Of a stretch of DNA of 64,000 nt, positions 26,001-39,272 are shown piece by piece. The notes beneath the pieces were generated by a model that did no database searches, was not told the origin of the DNA, and worked only from the letters and a program-made list of their open reading frames with translations. Source of the DNA: Trichosphaerium sp. ATCC 40318. Taxonomy: Eukaryota > Protista > Tubulinea. The stretch's first letter is position 1; each line of letters begins with the position of its first letter. The position numbers were made by a program, and so were the translations under genes. The DNA lies in NCBI GenBank assembly GCA_038496445.1, contig JALMLS010000220.1, positions 124,001 to 188,000 of the forward strand. Reading direction: 5' to 3'.

Positions 26001-28883
26001 CGCTTTGTATTCGTGGTAGTACTGTCAACAGTGGTACAGAAGCGAATGTTAGGCAATTGATGAAAGGAATAACAACACAATGGTACGCTTTTAAACGATT
26101 TTCTTCTTCATATTTAAAGCTCTCTTGACTTAATGGCTACTTAAGGTTAAGTTCACCTCCAGAGATCCATATTGTGAGTGGAAGCCTTACGCAACAACAA
26201 ACTTCAGATATTTCATCACCACGTGCACCAGCACGTACATTATTAGTAAGAAAACGGAAATTAAACCTTCCTATTCGTGATCATCGTAAACCTACATCTC
26301 CACGTTCTGGCATGAAACTTTTAAGTTTCCGTAAAAACTCGGTACGTTTTCTCTTGAAATTTGTTTATTTGATTGTTATTTATGACTTGTTCTTATCAAC
26401 AAAGTTGTTCCAAGATTTTTTTTCTCGACTTTTTTTTGATTTTTTTCCGTTGTGTAGGGCAGAAAGCTATCTAGACAAGGTTCATTTTCTACACCACGTG
26501 GTATGCGTAGTCGTTTTAAAAAGAAACATAAAAGACCAAGAAGCATAACAGTAGGTAGTGGAGGTATTGTATAAGATCAAAGCAAGAAACTCACTCTTTT
26601 TTTTTTCAAAAACAGGACGTTCAAAAACTCTACGAAGACAAAGTTCAAAGTCAAATGTATTTGAGAGATCATGGAATACATTATTTAGACGAAAAGAACC
26701 TAAGGGTAGTAGACAAAGGTATGAAAGAATACGAAACAACCAGTCTGGTTCTAAAACAACTACTTTAGGGAGAGACCAACTACTATTGAAATGTCTGATA
26801 TTGTACAAGTACGTATTTGTTTATTCTACACGCAAAATGTGGTTGCAATGTGCTTACTGTTGTTTCTCGTTTAGACTGAGTCTAGAGCTGCTACAATGAG
26901 GCACACACACGAGGATAAGAAACGTTCAAGGAGTTGGCAAGGTTCTTCTAGTATTAGAAGAAAACGTCATCAATCTTCAACGCAACGTTCACGTATGTGG
27001 TCGTTATTTCCGTGGTTTATTAACCAATAAATTAACACGTGATATAGATAGATGGTTGATTACTCCAAAGCATCTTAGATTAGGTGGTGTCCTGGGAACT
27101 GGAACTTTTGGTGTTGTCACAAAAGCAAAGTGGAGAGGCAATCCTGTTGCTGGTACGCTCAGACAGGTTTCATAATCCTACGTGTGTCTAATTTTTTGAG
27201 TATAGTTAAGCGATTGAAAGCTACTGTTGGTGATGAAGATGCTGCATTTAGTAAACTACAAAAGGAAGCATCTATTTTGATGTAAGTAACTTTTCTTTTT
27301 CTTCTTTTGTTCTACTTCTGTTTTCTTATCTTCTTTTGCAGCCAAAGTAGACCTCATGAGAATCTTGTAAGGTTGATAGGTATAGTAAGAGAACCTTTAT
27401 CAATTGTTCTTGAATATTGTGTACACGTACGTTGTGATGTTTTCGTAGAACGAAATCAGGTTAACATGATTTCTTTCTTTTAGGGATCACTGAAGTACTA
27501 CATCCAAAATAATCCAGTTATTCCAAAGAAAGTCAGTTCGGATGTTCTTAAAGGAATAGCTGCTGGTATGATACATTTACATGGAGAAGGAATAATACAC
27601 AGGCGGTTATCTGCAAGGAGTATGTGTTAATATCTTTCTTCTTTTTTTCTTACTTTTCTTTTAGATATTCTCGTACGTTCAAAAGTTCAGTACTTGACTT
27701 GGCTGAGCTCTAGCCTTGTTTATTACATATTGATATACTTTATTTTTTTGGTTATGCTTATTATTTTACTAGTTGTCTTCAGGGCTTGCTGTTAAGATAT
27801 CAGATTTTGGGTTTAGTTCTCATAGCCTTCAAGGAGTAAGAAAGGATTGCAACCAAAAGAATGTTGCATTTAGTCCACTAAAGTGGATGGCTCCTGAAGA
27901 GCTTCGAGGTGATCCCTCATCCCCATCATCAGGTATTTAATTTTTAATCAAGCATGAGTATGCAAGCGTTAAACTTTTTCTGAAGTAAAACAACCTCGCA
28001 AAAAGAAAAAAAGTAAACTTGCAGTTTGAGCTATTTTCTTTACCACTTAGCAACTGGAGTTACTAACGTGTATATAACTAGATGTATGGAGTTTTGGTGT
28101 AGTACTTTATGAAATGCTTCTAAGAAGAAAGCCATACCCACTTCACAGAAGTCCAATGGTACGCCTTGCGTTCATCTTGTTCTTTTGCAATCCAAGTTAA
28201 CTTTGTGTCTTTTTTTTGAAGGTTGCTGAATTGGTTTCGCAAGAAAAGCTCAGACCGTATATTCCCCCTAATATACATATCCTTACTGATGTTATGACAA
28301 AGTGTCTTTGTTTTAAACAAGAGGATAGACCAAGTTTTTCTTATATTGCCGAAAGACTTGATCATTTAAATGAATCTGATGTTCCAGAGCATGCTATTAT
28401 AGAACCTATGAGATCTGGTTCTTCATCAAGGCCTATATCTGGTAATAGACCTAGAGCAAGTACATTAGGCTCTGGAAGCTCTAAACACAGTCCGGTATGA
28501 TATTTGTTTTGTTTTGTATTTTTTTGTTTTATTTTTAAGTCTTGAACAAACTTGAGCGTATAATATAAGTTTGATGGATTAAACACCTCAAAAACTTAGT
28601 TTTCGGCTTGTTAAAAAATACGAGAAACGCTGCACATGTTGGTTTTTGGTTTTTTTAGGGCACACTCCCTGTAAAGAAAAAAAGTTGATTCTGATGTTGT
28701 TTTTTTTTTTAGCCTCAAGATGGTTTTATCAGTGCACGTAGTGCATCTCCTACTTTGGATGATATACTATCCGATCATTCTGCATACTCTGATTTTAGCA
28801 GCGACCAGATGATATCATCACGTTGGAGGAGTGGTGATGACTTGGACTCTTCATTTAGTGATGGCACTTCAACTATGTTTTAA
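23074..28883 (+). CDS. Roco protein (LRR-ROC-COR-TKL kinase); probable pseudokinase
   Basis: RI-type and typical LRRs; P-loop LVGPSLGGKS; TLWDFPGG; COR motifs YLHYAG, VILDPKW, IVPTLLP; kinase LGTGTFGVV, VAVK, HRRLSARN, ISDFG, KWMAPE, DVWSFG. Confidence 0.9.
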
Positions 28884-29082
28884 AAAAAATAAATAATAAT
28901 ACTTGTACAAAAATATGATATTGTGTTTAAATAACATAAAGCTTCTGCAGTGCCATAATAACACTAAGACCGCTACACGAGAACAATGCGTGTTTGCAGT
29001 TGTGCTAGTAAGCGCAACCTCTCGTAATAAGGCTACTCTACAATAATTATACAACTATTTCATCATCTTCTTTTGTTTCTTC

Positions 29083-32000
29083 TTATGTTTCTTCTTTTTG
29101 CACTTGTTCTTCAGTTGCAGTGTTGCATTCGTTGGATGCTGGTGCTTCTTTCGTGGGAGGCTCTTCCACTTGAGGTTCATATATAGGTACTTTAATTCCT
29201 AGGAGGGTTAAGGATTAGTTCACAGGATTATAGATATCACATGGGTAGCAGTAGTATAATTGTGTACCTCTCTTCTGAGCAATAAATTTAATGCAATCGT
29301 TGAATACTTCATTTTGGACTTCATTGGGTTTATACGCCAGTAATGATTCGAACACATCTTTAACATTTATGTCGTTTGTAACACAGAATGAACCAAAACC
29401 TTCAAGAGCCTAAAAGAAATATATAAGTATGAGAGCCAACAAAAAAGTTCAATTGATGTTTTGTTTGCTGCTTGGATTCACACTCACACGAAAAGTGTTG
29501 TAGTGAGTAGTGAATGTATAATGGTTCACAGAGCTTCAATTGTAAATCCAATTATTTATCACGTGATAAAAGAATTACAGCGTAAAGTGAACACATAAAC
29601 AAAAATAAAAGTTACCTTCGCAAACTCAGGTTTGATAAACGTGTGGTACATTAAAGGTATACCAAGCTCTGAAGCTGCAATATACTGTTGTATTGCCTTA
29701 AGTTCCAAGTTGCCTCCTTATAGTACATTTAAAAAAGTGTTAAGTAAGCGTGAAGTACCAAAAGCGCCACAACCCTACAAAGGAAACAAAATCAGTGATT
29801 TGTTCAAAGCCAACAAAAAAACCCCCAAGTTTCGTACCCAGTTTCCTGTTGAAGCAATACAATCATCACCAGTGTGATATTCCTCTTTTCTAGATAATCC
29901 AACATATGCTTTGTTTATATCACGAAGTAACTTTCTGTGAACAACGTAAACGGCTACAAGCTAAACAAAAAACCTTTGGCTTACTCTTTGACGAATTGCA
30001 TGTTTCCAAAGTTTACTATTGCATCAATGCCTGTGCAAGTCAGTAAATAGATAGCTCGTGTAAATAAGTAACCGTACAGAAAATATGATTATCAAGACAT
30101 CCAAGCGTTGGATTCAATGGAGTCTTGTCTTCAAATGAATCTAAGAAAAAACTGAGAATTGTTCGTTTGGCTTAGAGTCAAGTACCTTCAAATTTTAAGC
30201 TTCGTGCATATCCACTGTATTGAGAAAACCTCTCAGCACCGCTAATAACTATAGCTTCGTTTTCTTCCATCTTAGGGCAAAGGAGCATAGACTAAAAGAA
30301 GGAACTCCATCAGCAAGAAAAGCAAATTATTAGTTTTCAGAACAGAAAACCTTACAATGTAGCATTCGGGCTTCAATGCAAATAGAATCTCTTCTTGAAC
30401 GCAACCACCTTTTAGATACGTTAATGGTAATTATTTGTCATATACAAGGCCTTATAGACATACCATGCAAAGCGCCACCGCCTATGTATTGATTCGCAAA
30501 GTCGGCATGAAACTTTGCTGGAGAATCTTCAATCTTCATCTCATCATCAACTTTAATAGGCAATAATGGCTTTTCACTTGTACTCCAATCAACGAATTTA
30601 TCACAAACCTGTAAAATAAGGTAAGAAAAGTAAAAAATGGATTAAAACATGAACGAGGAGAGTTACCTTTCGATGTATTATGATGTTACCAGTAGGCATT
30701 TTCTTTTGGCTTTTTTAGCAAGTTAGATACTCCAACAAACGCCCAAGGCGATAAATAATATTAGATTACGTACATGCGTCTGAAGTATTCCATTATACAA
30801 AGTATGATAGACTTTAAATAAATCGTAAGAATCTTGCTTTGAGAAGAAAAAAAGACCTTGTTTGAGGTTGTGCTAGTACGTACTTCTGCAGAGTTTGAAA
30901 ATAGTTTTTCTTTACCAGGAGCTGAAGCATAGTCTGTTATAAACAACATACCAAAATCACAATCATTGAATCCCAACCCACTAAGCAACATGGTTAGTTT
31001 TCGAAAATATCGAGAAAAAAAGAAGCAAGCAAAACAAAGAAAAGCAATTCATCACAACACGTGCCCATGTATTATATTTGGATTTTCAAATGTACAAAAG
31101 AAGTAGTGTGACAATAAGCAAGCAACCTTGTAGGCGATGGAGTAAGTAAAGGCACAGCGTTATGCAAAAAAAAAGAATCCAGGGGTTTTTTTAGTAACGT
31201 ACTTGTTCTCTTGTGAGTACAACCTTTGCGTCCTTTCCTGGTGGCAAGATTCTTATTTTTTTATCAAATAGCTCATCTATCCTCAATGCCAATTTTTGTA
31301 TAAATGGTAAGATAACATCAAAGAATTCATCTTTACAACCGTAAGTACAATTTTCAAATAAATGACGGATAATAAAAAGAAACTAAAAGATGTTGCTCGT
31401 CATTGTCCATTTTTACATGGCATCAACGTGTTAACTTTGATAGCCATACATTATACCGTGAGAGGGAAAATACACCCAAGCGATATAAAGAGCACTTGGG
31501 AAATATGAAGACCAAAAAAACCGAAATTCAAATTGTACACACCTTTCAATGCCTTTCTATCTGGAGACTCGCAATATTCATCACAGTAGTACGCTCTAAA
31601 TTTATGATTTAAAAAATGAGAATAAAAAGCTGAAATCACGTGTTGATAACCACAAACTTACTTGAAAAAGTTTGCATGATTTTTGCTTGTACCCAGACCA
31701 TTCAACAATTCATCAAGCTGATCAAGTGATGTCACTTTAGCTGATAATAACTCTTTTTGTATCTCCCATTTCTTAATGGACATATGTGGTAAATAAGCAT
31801 ACGTGAAAGCAATACCATCTTGGTTAACATTAACAACAAACTAATGAATCAAAAAAACCGTTATTTTTTACCTGTAAGTGAAATGATTGCTTTATCAATG
31901 TCTTCCTGAAAAACCTTCAAGTTTGATAATACTTCAACAGGGGAGATATCAATTTTGTACTTGTCGCCAAAGGGTTTGAAGCCTATTTGACGGTATGTGA

Positions 32001-32400
32001 GGTCTTCCACGGTAACATTTTGTCAACTCTACAAAAGATATACCTATTTTTAAAAGGAGCGAAAAGCAATCTGGGAAGCTTGCAAATGTCTTTGTGAAGA
32101 TGCTGGCCTTTGTATTAACTCTTTGATGCATTTCATCACCAGGGCATGCAATTATGTTATTTATCGTTCTCCGTAACCAAGCCAAGGCGATTAGAGCCTA
32201 AACAAGGGTCAATTAACGAATTATTTATATAACGCGCTTCAGATAAACTAATGTCTTCAGTTTGCTTTATAGAACCCAGTAATTCATCGAACGGCTCCTA
32301 CAAAACTATTTAGATCGCTTTAAATTGTTTAATTTCACTTTACTGTTGGGATGACATGTGGGTCCGGTTTCTCTTCTTCAGTGGCATTACTATTACCCAT
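29083..32400 (-). CDS. PARG with N-terminal PUB domain
   Basis: Intact HADFANQYIGGGALH|GGCVQEEILFALKPE and STGNW|GCGAF; PUB-like ALAWLRRTINNIIACPGDEMHQRVNTKASIFTKTFASFPDCFSLLLKIG; start MGNSNAT. Confidence 0.85.
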
Positions 32401-32469
32401 TATTGCTTTGTGTGCTTTGGTAAGTGACAGCAAGCTTGGCTTATTGTTTGGCTTAAGTCACAGTCACCG

Positions 32470-33225
32470 AATCTATGGCTCAGCAGACGGTTGGTATTCC
32501 AATGGCTGCTATAGAACAGAAAAATGCAGGAACTACGTTTAACGTACTATGTGAATTTGATTCAACTGCACCATCACCTCCAACAACAATACCTCCAGCA
32601 GTACCAACTACAGTTTCTCCTACCACAACAATACCTCCTACTGCTAGCGCACTATCTACATATACAGAAACACCTATTGCAGATACTCCTCAAACACAGC
32701 TCCGATATCAATAATATGGACTGAATTGATAAGAAAAAATAATGAAAGCTAGCTAGAACTCTTAAATGATGCTTCATTGGCGGTACGAAAAAAACAAGAA
32801 AATAATACTAGAATACATCTTCTTAACGTTGTACTTTATAGTAACTCTTGGGTTACCTGAAGGCTCTATAATTGTATTTGGTGAAGGCGAAACAATACTT
32901 CAAGTCGATAAATGTATTGAAGCAGAAAACCTTACTATTGAAGCAATTGACAGTGTACGCTTGTTGGTTTCTTTCTTCATTGTTATCCTGACTCCTGATT
33001 TCTCTAAACACAAGTCACATTATCATTCAGTGATAGTTGCAACGATGTAAATCCATCTATAATCGTACCACCATGCAAGAGGCAATCAAAAGAGGAAATC
33101 AAAGACTTTCGGGAGAACAATACTTATTAAATCAAGTAACAAATGTACTTCAAGTGCAATTCACTTGATATCTCTTTGGAGTTTAACAATCACTGCATTG
33201 CTACTCAACAAAAGAATTTACTCGT
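32470..33225 (+). pseudogene. 5'-truncated degenerate paralogue of the adjacent lectin/mucin gene
   Basis: LCEFDSTAPSPPTT, LPEGSIIVFGEGETILQVDKCIEAENLTI and AIHLISLWSL match the 35.3-36.3 kb exons; in-frame stops after QLRYQ; no signal peptide or lectin exons seen. Confidence 0.8.
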
Positions 33226-33839
33226 ATCTCCATTAAAAATTACTTGATACACAATAAGAGTCTGTCAAGTTTTTACTGCGCTACGTGGTGTCAAAAAGCC
33301 TCACTGGTCGCTCCTCAAAACAACTACGCATTTTAAAACACACCATTTTTGATAAAAAGTGACATTGTTTCGTTTTAGCCGTCATTGAATCTAAGGCTAC
33401 GCACATAAGTAAGTCACAAGCCGTAGTGCCCCTGCTTTCGTTATCTTGCCAATAAACTTTGAAATTGAATACCAGTTCCATAACTGTAAATGATTGTAAC
33501 GCGCACAGTGCTACTATCAATGTACGCGTGCAAAAGAGAATAACGCAATGATAAAAAATAACAAATGAATATAAAACAAAACGCGCTCAGTGCCGTACGT
33601 GTACGGTGTACGCTAATACCGTAACAAAGCCAAACTCGGAAGAACGCATAATAAACCCGGGCTATCCTACAAACTGTCCTAACATAATTTACCACTCTCG
33701 CATCGGTAGAGAAGGTGTTTTAGGGAAGTTATACTTTCTTCGACTTGCCTTAAAACCACTTTAGCAATTCAAGACAATTCACATTTATAGCGCACAGGTC
33801 ATATCACCAAGTTAAAATACACGCAATAACAATCACAAG

Positions 33840-36357
33840 ATGATTTCCAGCTTGTGTTTACGCATCGCAGTTATCGCTTGTGTACTAATTGTACACACTA
33901 CATATGGCGCGCTCGTAAGCACCTGTGAGCAAAACGGAAAGACGTATCGATTATACGATAGCGCAGCTTCAGGATGGGAAAGTACTTGTTCAGGAGGTAA
34001 ATACGACTAAAGGAAGCTCTGTGTATCTACAAACAAGCTAGCTAAACCTTTAAATGCTTTGAGCTGTACACTAAAAAAAACTGCTTTAGATTTCCATCCA
34101 GTAGCTATAACATCAATAGACGAAGCCATTGCCTTATCTAGTTTTCCTGTACGCTCTATTAAGGATGACATTCCTTTTTCAGTTCGAGAACTTCGTCGCC
34201 CAAAAAAAACGCGTTTATTGACGAGAAATAACGCTAATCAAATATTTAAACTACGTTCCGAAACTTCCTGCCAAAAAAGCCTCTTGCAATAACCCAAAAC
34301 AGATTTTAAATTACAAAACGCGTTTTTTCTTCTTTAGCGTACATCATTAAGCATGTTGGGAGCAATCTTCAACTTTTTTGTACCGCTAAAAAAAGGTAGT
34401 AAACTCCCCAAAAACAATCGGACATTTCTCCAACGTATTTTTTGTCATCACTAACTCATTTAAAATAGTATTTCCGCATTTCAGTCGCATCCGGTACCAC
34501 TTGGACACACGGTGGTATTACTATAATACCTGGGGTACATTATCCGTTTGATCCACCTTCCCCTGGTTGCAGTCAGTATGAGAAAGGAGTAAGGCGGATT
34601 TTTTTATTTTCACATACTTACAATTTTCCAAAAGGAAATAGTGGACGCTTGCACTGCAACTCATTTTGTTTGTGAGTCTGATGTATCAATTGGTGCCCCA
34701 AGCTGTATTCAAACTAGTTGGGACTGCACAACGGGAGCTGAAGTAACAGGGACATACAATGGTACGTTTTTTTGTTTTCGTATTCAATTGCTTACTTGTG
34801 TACGTTCTAGGTCATTGTTACTCAGTGTTTGATATACCAGAGTCAAAATATATGAACTTAGCTCTTTTGTGCCAACAGAAAGGAGGCTACCTTTCTGTTA
34901 TTACTGATGCCGCTGAAAACACTTACATTGCCGATGTGTTGCTCCCTCCAGGAGCTCCACAATTTAATGCTATTGGTCTAACTTCTTACGGGAGATCTAA
35001 TGTAGGAGATTTTGCTTGGGTACGCGATTAAAACGACGTAAAACTAAACTCGTGTTATTCCAAAAACGCACTAACACGTGTTTCAGCAAACAAGCCCAGT
35101 ACCTGAGCCTTTGGTATATGGATCAACCCCTAATGTAGCTCCTTGGGCTCCTGGCGAACCAGACGGCGGAAATGAATATTGCGGTTTCAAGTACGTTTTG
35201 TCCTGTTTTGTCGTGGTTTAGTGTACTGTTTTCTTATAGTTACTGATCCTTTTGATTAGATCAGCATGGGGTACCTGGGGAGATTACAATTGCCATTTAC
35301 CAGAGCTTGGTGAGGTAAAAATGCATGCACTTTGCGAGTTTGATTCTACTACAGCACCTACACCAGCTCCAACCACTCTGCCGCCAACCACAAATCCACC
35401 AACTACGCTGCCTCCAACAACTATTCCACCAACTACTGCACCGCCAACAACTATTCCGCCAACTACTGCGCCACCAACCACAAGTCCGCCAACTACGCTG
35501 CCTCCAACAACTATTCCACCAACCACTGCACCGCCAACAACTATTCCACCAACTACTGCGCCACCAACTACAAATCCACCAACCACAAACCCACCAACTA
35601 CGCAGCCGCCAACTACTCTACCACCAACTACATTGCCTCCAGTTGTAATACCAACAACTGCTTCACCAACAGATGCACCAACAACAGTTGCGCCTACAAC
35701 ACAACCTCCAACTACACTGCCTCCGACGACTGCTTCACCTACAACTGAAGCACCAACAACTGATGCCCCAGCCTTTGAATCTAAACCCCTTAGATTCCAA
35801 ACAGCGCCAATTTCAACAGTGTTGACTGACATCATTATGAGTGATTCAGAAAGAAAGCTTGAACTAGCTGAAGACGTCTATGTTGTAGGTACGTTAAAAA
35901 AGGTAGTCATTTTTTTTCCCCTTGTTAACAGTTTTGCGTTTTAGGAAACCTAGAGCTGCCTGAAGGTACTACTATACTATTTGGTGAAAGTGAGACAACG
36001 CTTCATATTGGTAACTGCTTAGAAGCTGAGAACCTAACCATTGCAGCAACTGAGACTGTACGTTCCATATCTGTCACTTATCCTGGTTTGTTGCCTTGAA
36101 AACTGATCTTTGTTATCAATTAGACTAAAGAAGTAACCTTGTCTTTTAATGACCATTGTGAAGATGTAGCACCTACTATAGTAACACCCCCATGCACTGT
36201 TTCACAGAGGAAGACAACACACTCTTTTGCAAGAACAATAGTTGTTTTCCAATTTGATTTATCAAAAAGCGGAGAATGTACTTCAGATACTATTCACTTG
36301 GTAGCTCTTTGGAGTTTAGCTATTATAGCATTACTACTTAACTACAGAATCAATTAA
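33840..36357 (+). CDS. Secreted/surface C-type lectin with Thr/Pro mucin-like stalk and hydrophobic C-terminus (possible GPI signal)
   Basis: Signal MISSLCLRIAVIACVLIVHTTYG; GHCYSVF...CQQKGGYLSVITDAAENTYI; WAPGEPDGGNEYC; WGDYNC; LCE; PPTTx repeats; C-terminal LVALWSLAIIALLL. Confidence 0.85.
35362..35770 (+). repeat. Coding 15-bp minisatellite (PPTTx units)
   Basis: ccaccaactact-type units encoding PPTTL/I/A/N/S/Q. Confidence 0.95.
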
Positions 36358-36916
36358 CATTACCTTATCAATTGACATTGATATCGTACATACACATGTG
36401 AATGAAGATCCTATTATTTTCGCAAATGCAGTACAATTTAATTATATTTAATCAAACCAAAACAAAAAACAACAATCCCTTTTGGTCCATAGAATAGAGC
36501 AATAAATGTAAAGTAGTGTTATTATTATACTGTGTAGTTTTTACATTGTTCGCTTGACAAAGAGAGTTATGGTTTCATTACCTCTACATCAGCGCAAACG
36601 TCACTTTTCTTTTTGTATTAGGGAAAAACCCTTTTGAGTAGATTCATAAAATATGAACAACTCTACAATTGTCGGTATAGGATACGCCGTAGCATCACAC
36701 AAACGTTTTTAGTTTTTTTAAGTTTTTTTTGCAGTTTTTGCACGTGAAAGCAAGTTGAAAGTACCCGAAATGTTGTATTATTGTTATGTGAAACGTGAAG
36801 CATACAACGCATTGTGTATTTCGTCGAAGTTCAATGATAGTAGCTTCGGGGAAATAGTTGTGTACTCTAGATAACTCTGATTCCTGTATTGCTCACATTA
36901 CAATAATTCCACTTAA

Positions 36917-39080
36917 CTCCCTCGCCGTAACAAAAAATTTCCTCGCCGTAACAAAATTTTAACTTCAATTCTGGACCTAAAATATCTTTAAATAATCTGA
37001 ATTTTTACACGTCGTAGACATTATGTTTATCTTGTTATTCTGGATTAGATAGCCACATAGGTGTTTTTGGTGATGTTCTACGGAATGTACAATAAAAGTA
37101 TCAACTTTTTCTTTGCCATATGTTTTTGATGTATGTGATAGGGCACAGTATAAATTGTTATGCTTTTATTATATCTAACGTAGTATTGACTAGGTCCAAG
37201 GGCTCAACTAGCAAAAAATAGTTCATTGCATGAAATGAAGGGTCTTTCAACGAATGTTCCAAAAAAAATAAAGAAACAGCATTTCAAAGGCATGCTAGCA
37301 CAATACACTCTTGAATTTTTTATACTACCTACGCAATACAGAGTTGGTTATACAAACGCTTTTAATAGGCATGTACTGCACAAGGTAACCCAAAAATTGT
37401 TTGATGAACACTTTATCTTTTCTACTCTTTAAACGCTTTTGTAGAGCAATGCAAATGAGTTACGTCTAGTATTTGGTACTTTACAGCGTCTATATATGCA
37501 TGTGCATGTACACAAAACATTAAATGCATGTAAAGAATATACAGAGACTGAATTATGTATGACAATGCATTGAATCCATGAAAAATGAGCATTTTCAAAT
37601 ATTATTGATTAATCCTTTGGATTCAGTGAAAAGTGTCCATTTCTGAGCTGTTTCATTTGCCAGCTATGTTTTCTTTGTACACATCAAACGACAGCAAATT
37701 GTAAATATATCGTAAGCATGTACACATGTAGTATTAATAGTTAAATTTATTGGTTTTCTGAATATACAGCTAAATTAATCATGTTGATCGCCAAGTTCTC
37801 TTATCTTCAAAAAGTTAATTTTTTTCCCTGTAGCATTGTAATCTATGATAGCTTTCAAGTTAGATAATGTTAATTGTCTTATGATTCTTAAATAGCACTA
37901 CTGTAACTCCACCCTTTTTAGCTCCTTTTGCATATTCAACAACCCAGTTTAGAAAGTCAGAATCCATAAACCTGGCATCAAGTACTGCTTGTGGTTTGAA
38001 TGGATAGTGCTTTTCAAACCTAGCTAATAAAATCTTAGCAGCATCTAATGGTTTAATCACTGCCACATGTTTAGCATCTCTCCAATGTGGTACCAATCCG
38101 AGTAAGTATGGACATTGTTTATCTTTGTGTGAATAAACAGCCATTCCATATACCATTAATCCATCTGGATTTGGCTTACCCGAAATATGAACTGTATTTG
38201 TATCTTTTTTAGACCACACCAACATTGTTCATCAATGGCAATGTACTCTCCTGCAAGCCAAGCCTCCATACATGCATCTGATACCAATTCACACAAATGA
38301 TGTACATCAGTGCTGATACTTTGATTCAAAATATTCCATCACAGTGGACTCAAAAAGTCCAGATTACAGTATTTGCTGTTTGTACTCATTTGAGCTAAAA
38401 ACCCTTCATAACTAATAGAAGCTAGTACTGTTAATGAAAGAATTTTTTGCTCTTGTTGCACACCAGAAGTTTGGTCTCGTAACCATTGTGTGCCAAAATA
38501 ACGTAAAATTTCACTAAGTTTAATTTCAACGCCCCACATTTGATTTTTTTTTTTGTTAGCTAGGATTTCACGCTTTTGGTTGGTAGCTATCCGAATGTGG
38601 TCCCATATGTGTATTGGTATCAATTGGGAGTACACTTGCCCAGCTGTACCCATACCTCGTTGAAACACTCCAAGATTAGGCTGAGACACTTGCTCTTCAT
38701 GTGGCAATGAAATTGTTTCATTTTTAAGCACAGTCCATCCCTCGCTTTTAATTTCATTTATGCATCGTTCAAATCCACCCAATACCCATTTTTAGAACTG
38801 TCGCTTTGTTTCCGCTTCCGTTTCCGTTGATTTTTTCTTCGAGCTGCTTCTATTTGGTTGTTGTGGGCTTTTACGTTATCACGCAGCGTTTGCTTCATCA
38901 GCTAGTGCTATTTAGAGTGTTATTGCTTAACCATATTTCAAAAACTACACAAGTTGCTTAAACATAAATTTTATTACTCGGAGTAGATATTAAACAGTGC
39001 GCTCATACATCTTAGCCATGTAATATGGCATTTGGTACAAAAGTGTTACGGCGAGGAAATTTTTTGTTACGGCGAGGGAG
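36917..39080 (-). mobile_element. Decayed piggyBac-like DNA transposon
   Basis: Perfect 37-bp TIRs (36917-36953 and 39044-39080), each with cctcgccgtaaca twice; both ends flanked by CTTAA. Confidence 0.9.
37300..38898 (-). pseudogene. Frameshifted piggyBac-type DDD transposase
   Basis: YSQLIPIHIWDHIRIATNQ; EIKLSEILRYFG; YIAIDE[frameshift]MLVW; HISGKPNPDGL; AVLDARF; HFSWIQCIVIHNSVSVY, all resembling piggyBac transposase blocks; boundaries approximate. Confidence 0.75.
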
Positions 39081-39272
39081 CTTAAGCCAACCCTGAACAG
39101 AATAGTAACTAAAAAACGAAAGTGTACGCTCGGATTGGAAGCAACCAATCTCAATTTTTGTACCAATCAAAAATAACCAGAAAAAGAGAATTTGGGGTCT
39201 ATTTCCACTTTAGACCTCACCGAACCATTACCACGTGTTCGGACACTATTAATTTCAACAGAGGGAGGTAAA

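Noticed and set aside
35284-35835. Gly/Val-rich antisense ORF and Gln-rich alternate-frame ORF
   Set aside because: Shadow frames of the PPTT minisatellite
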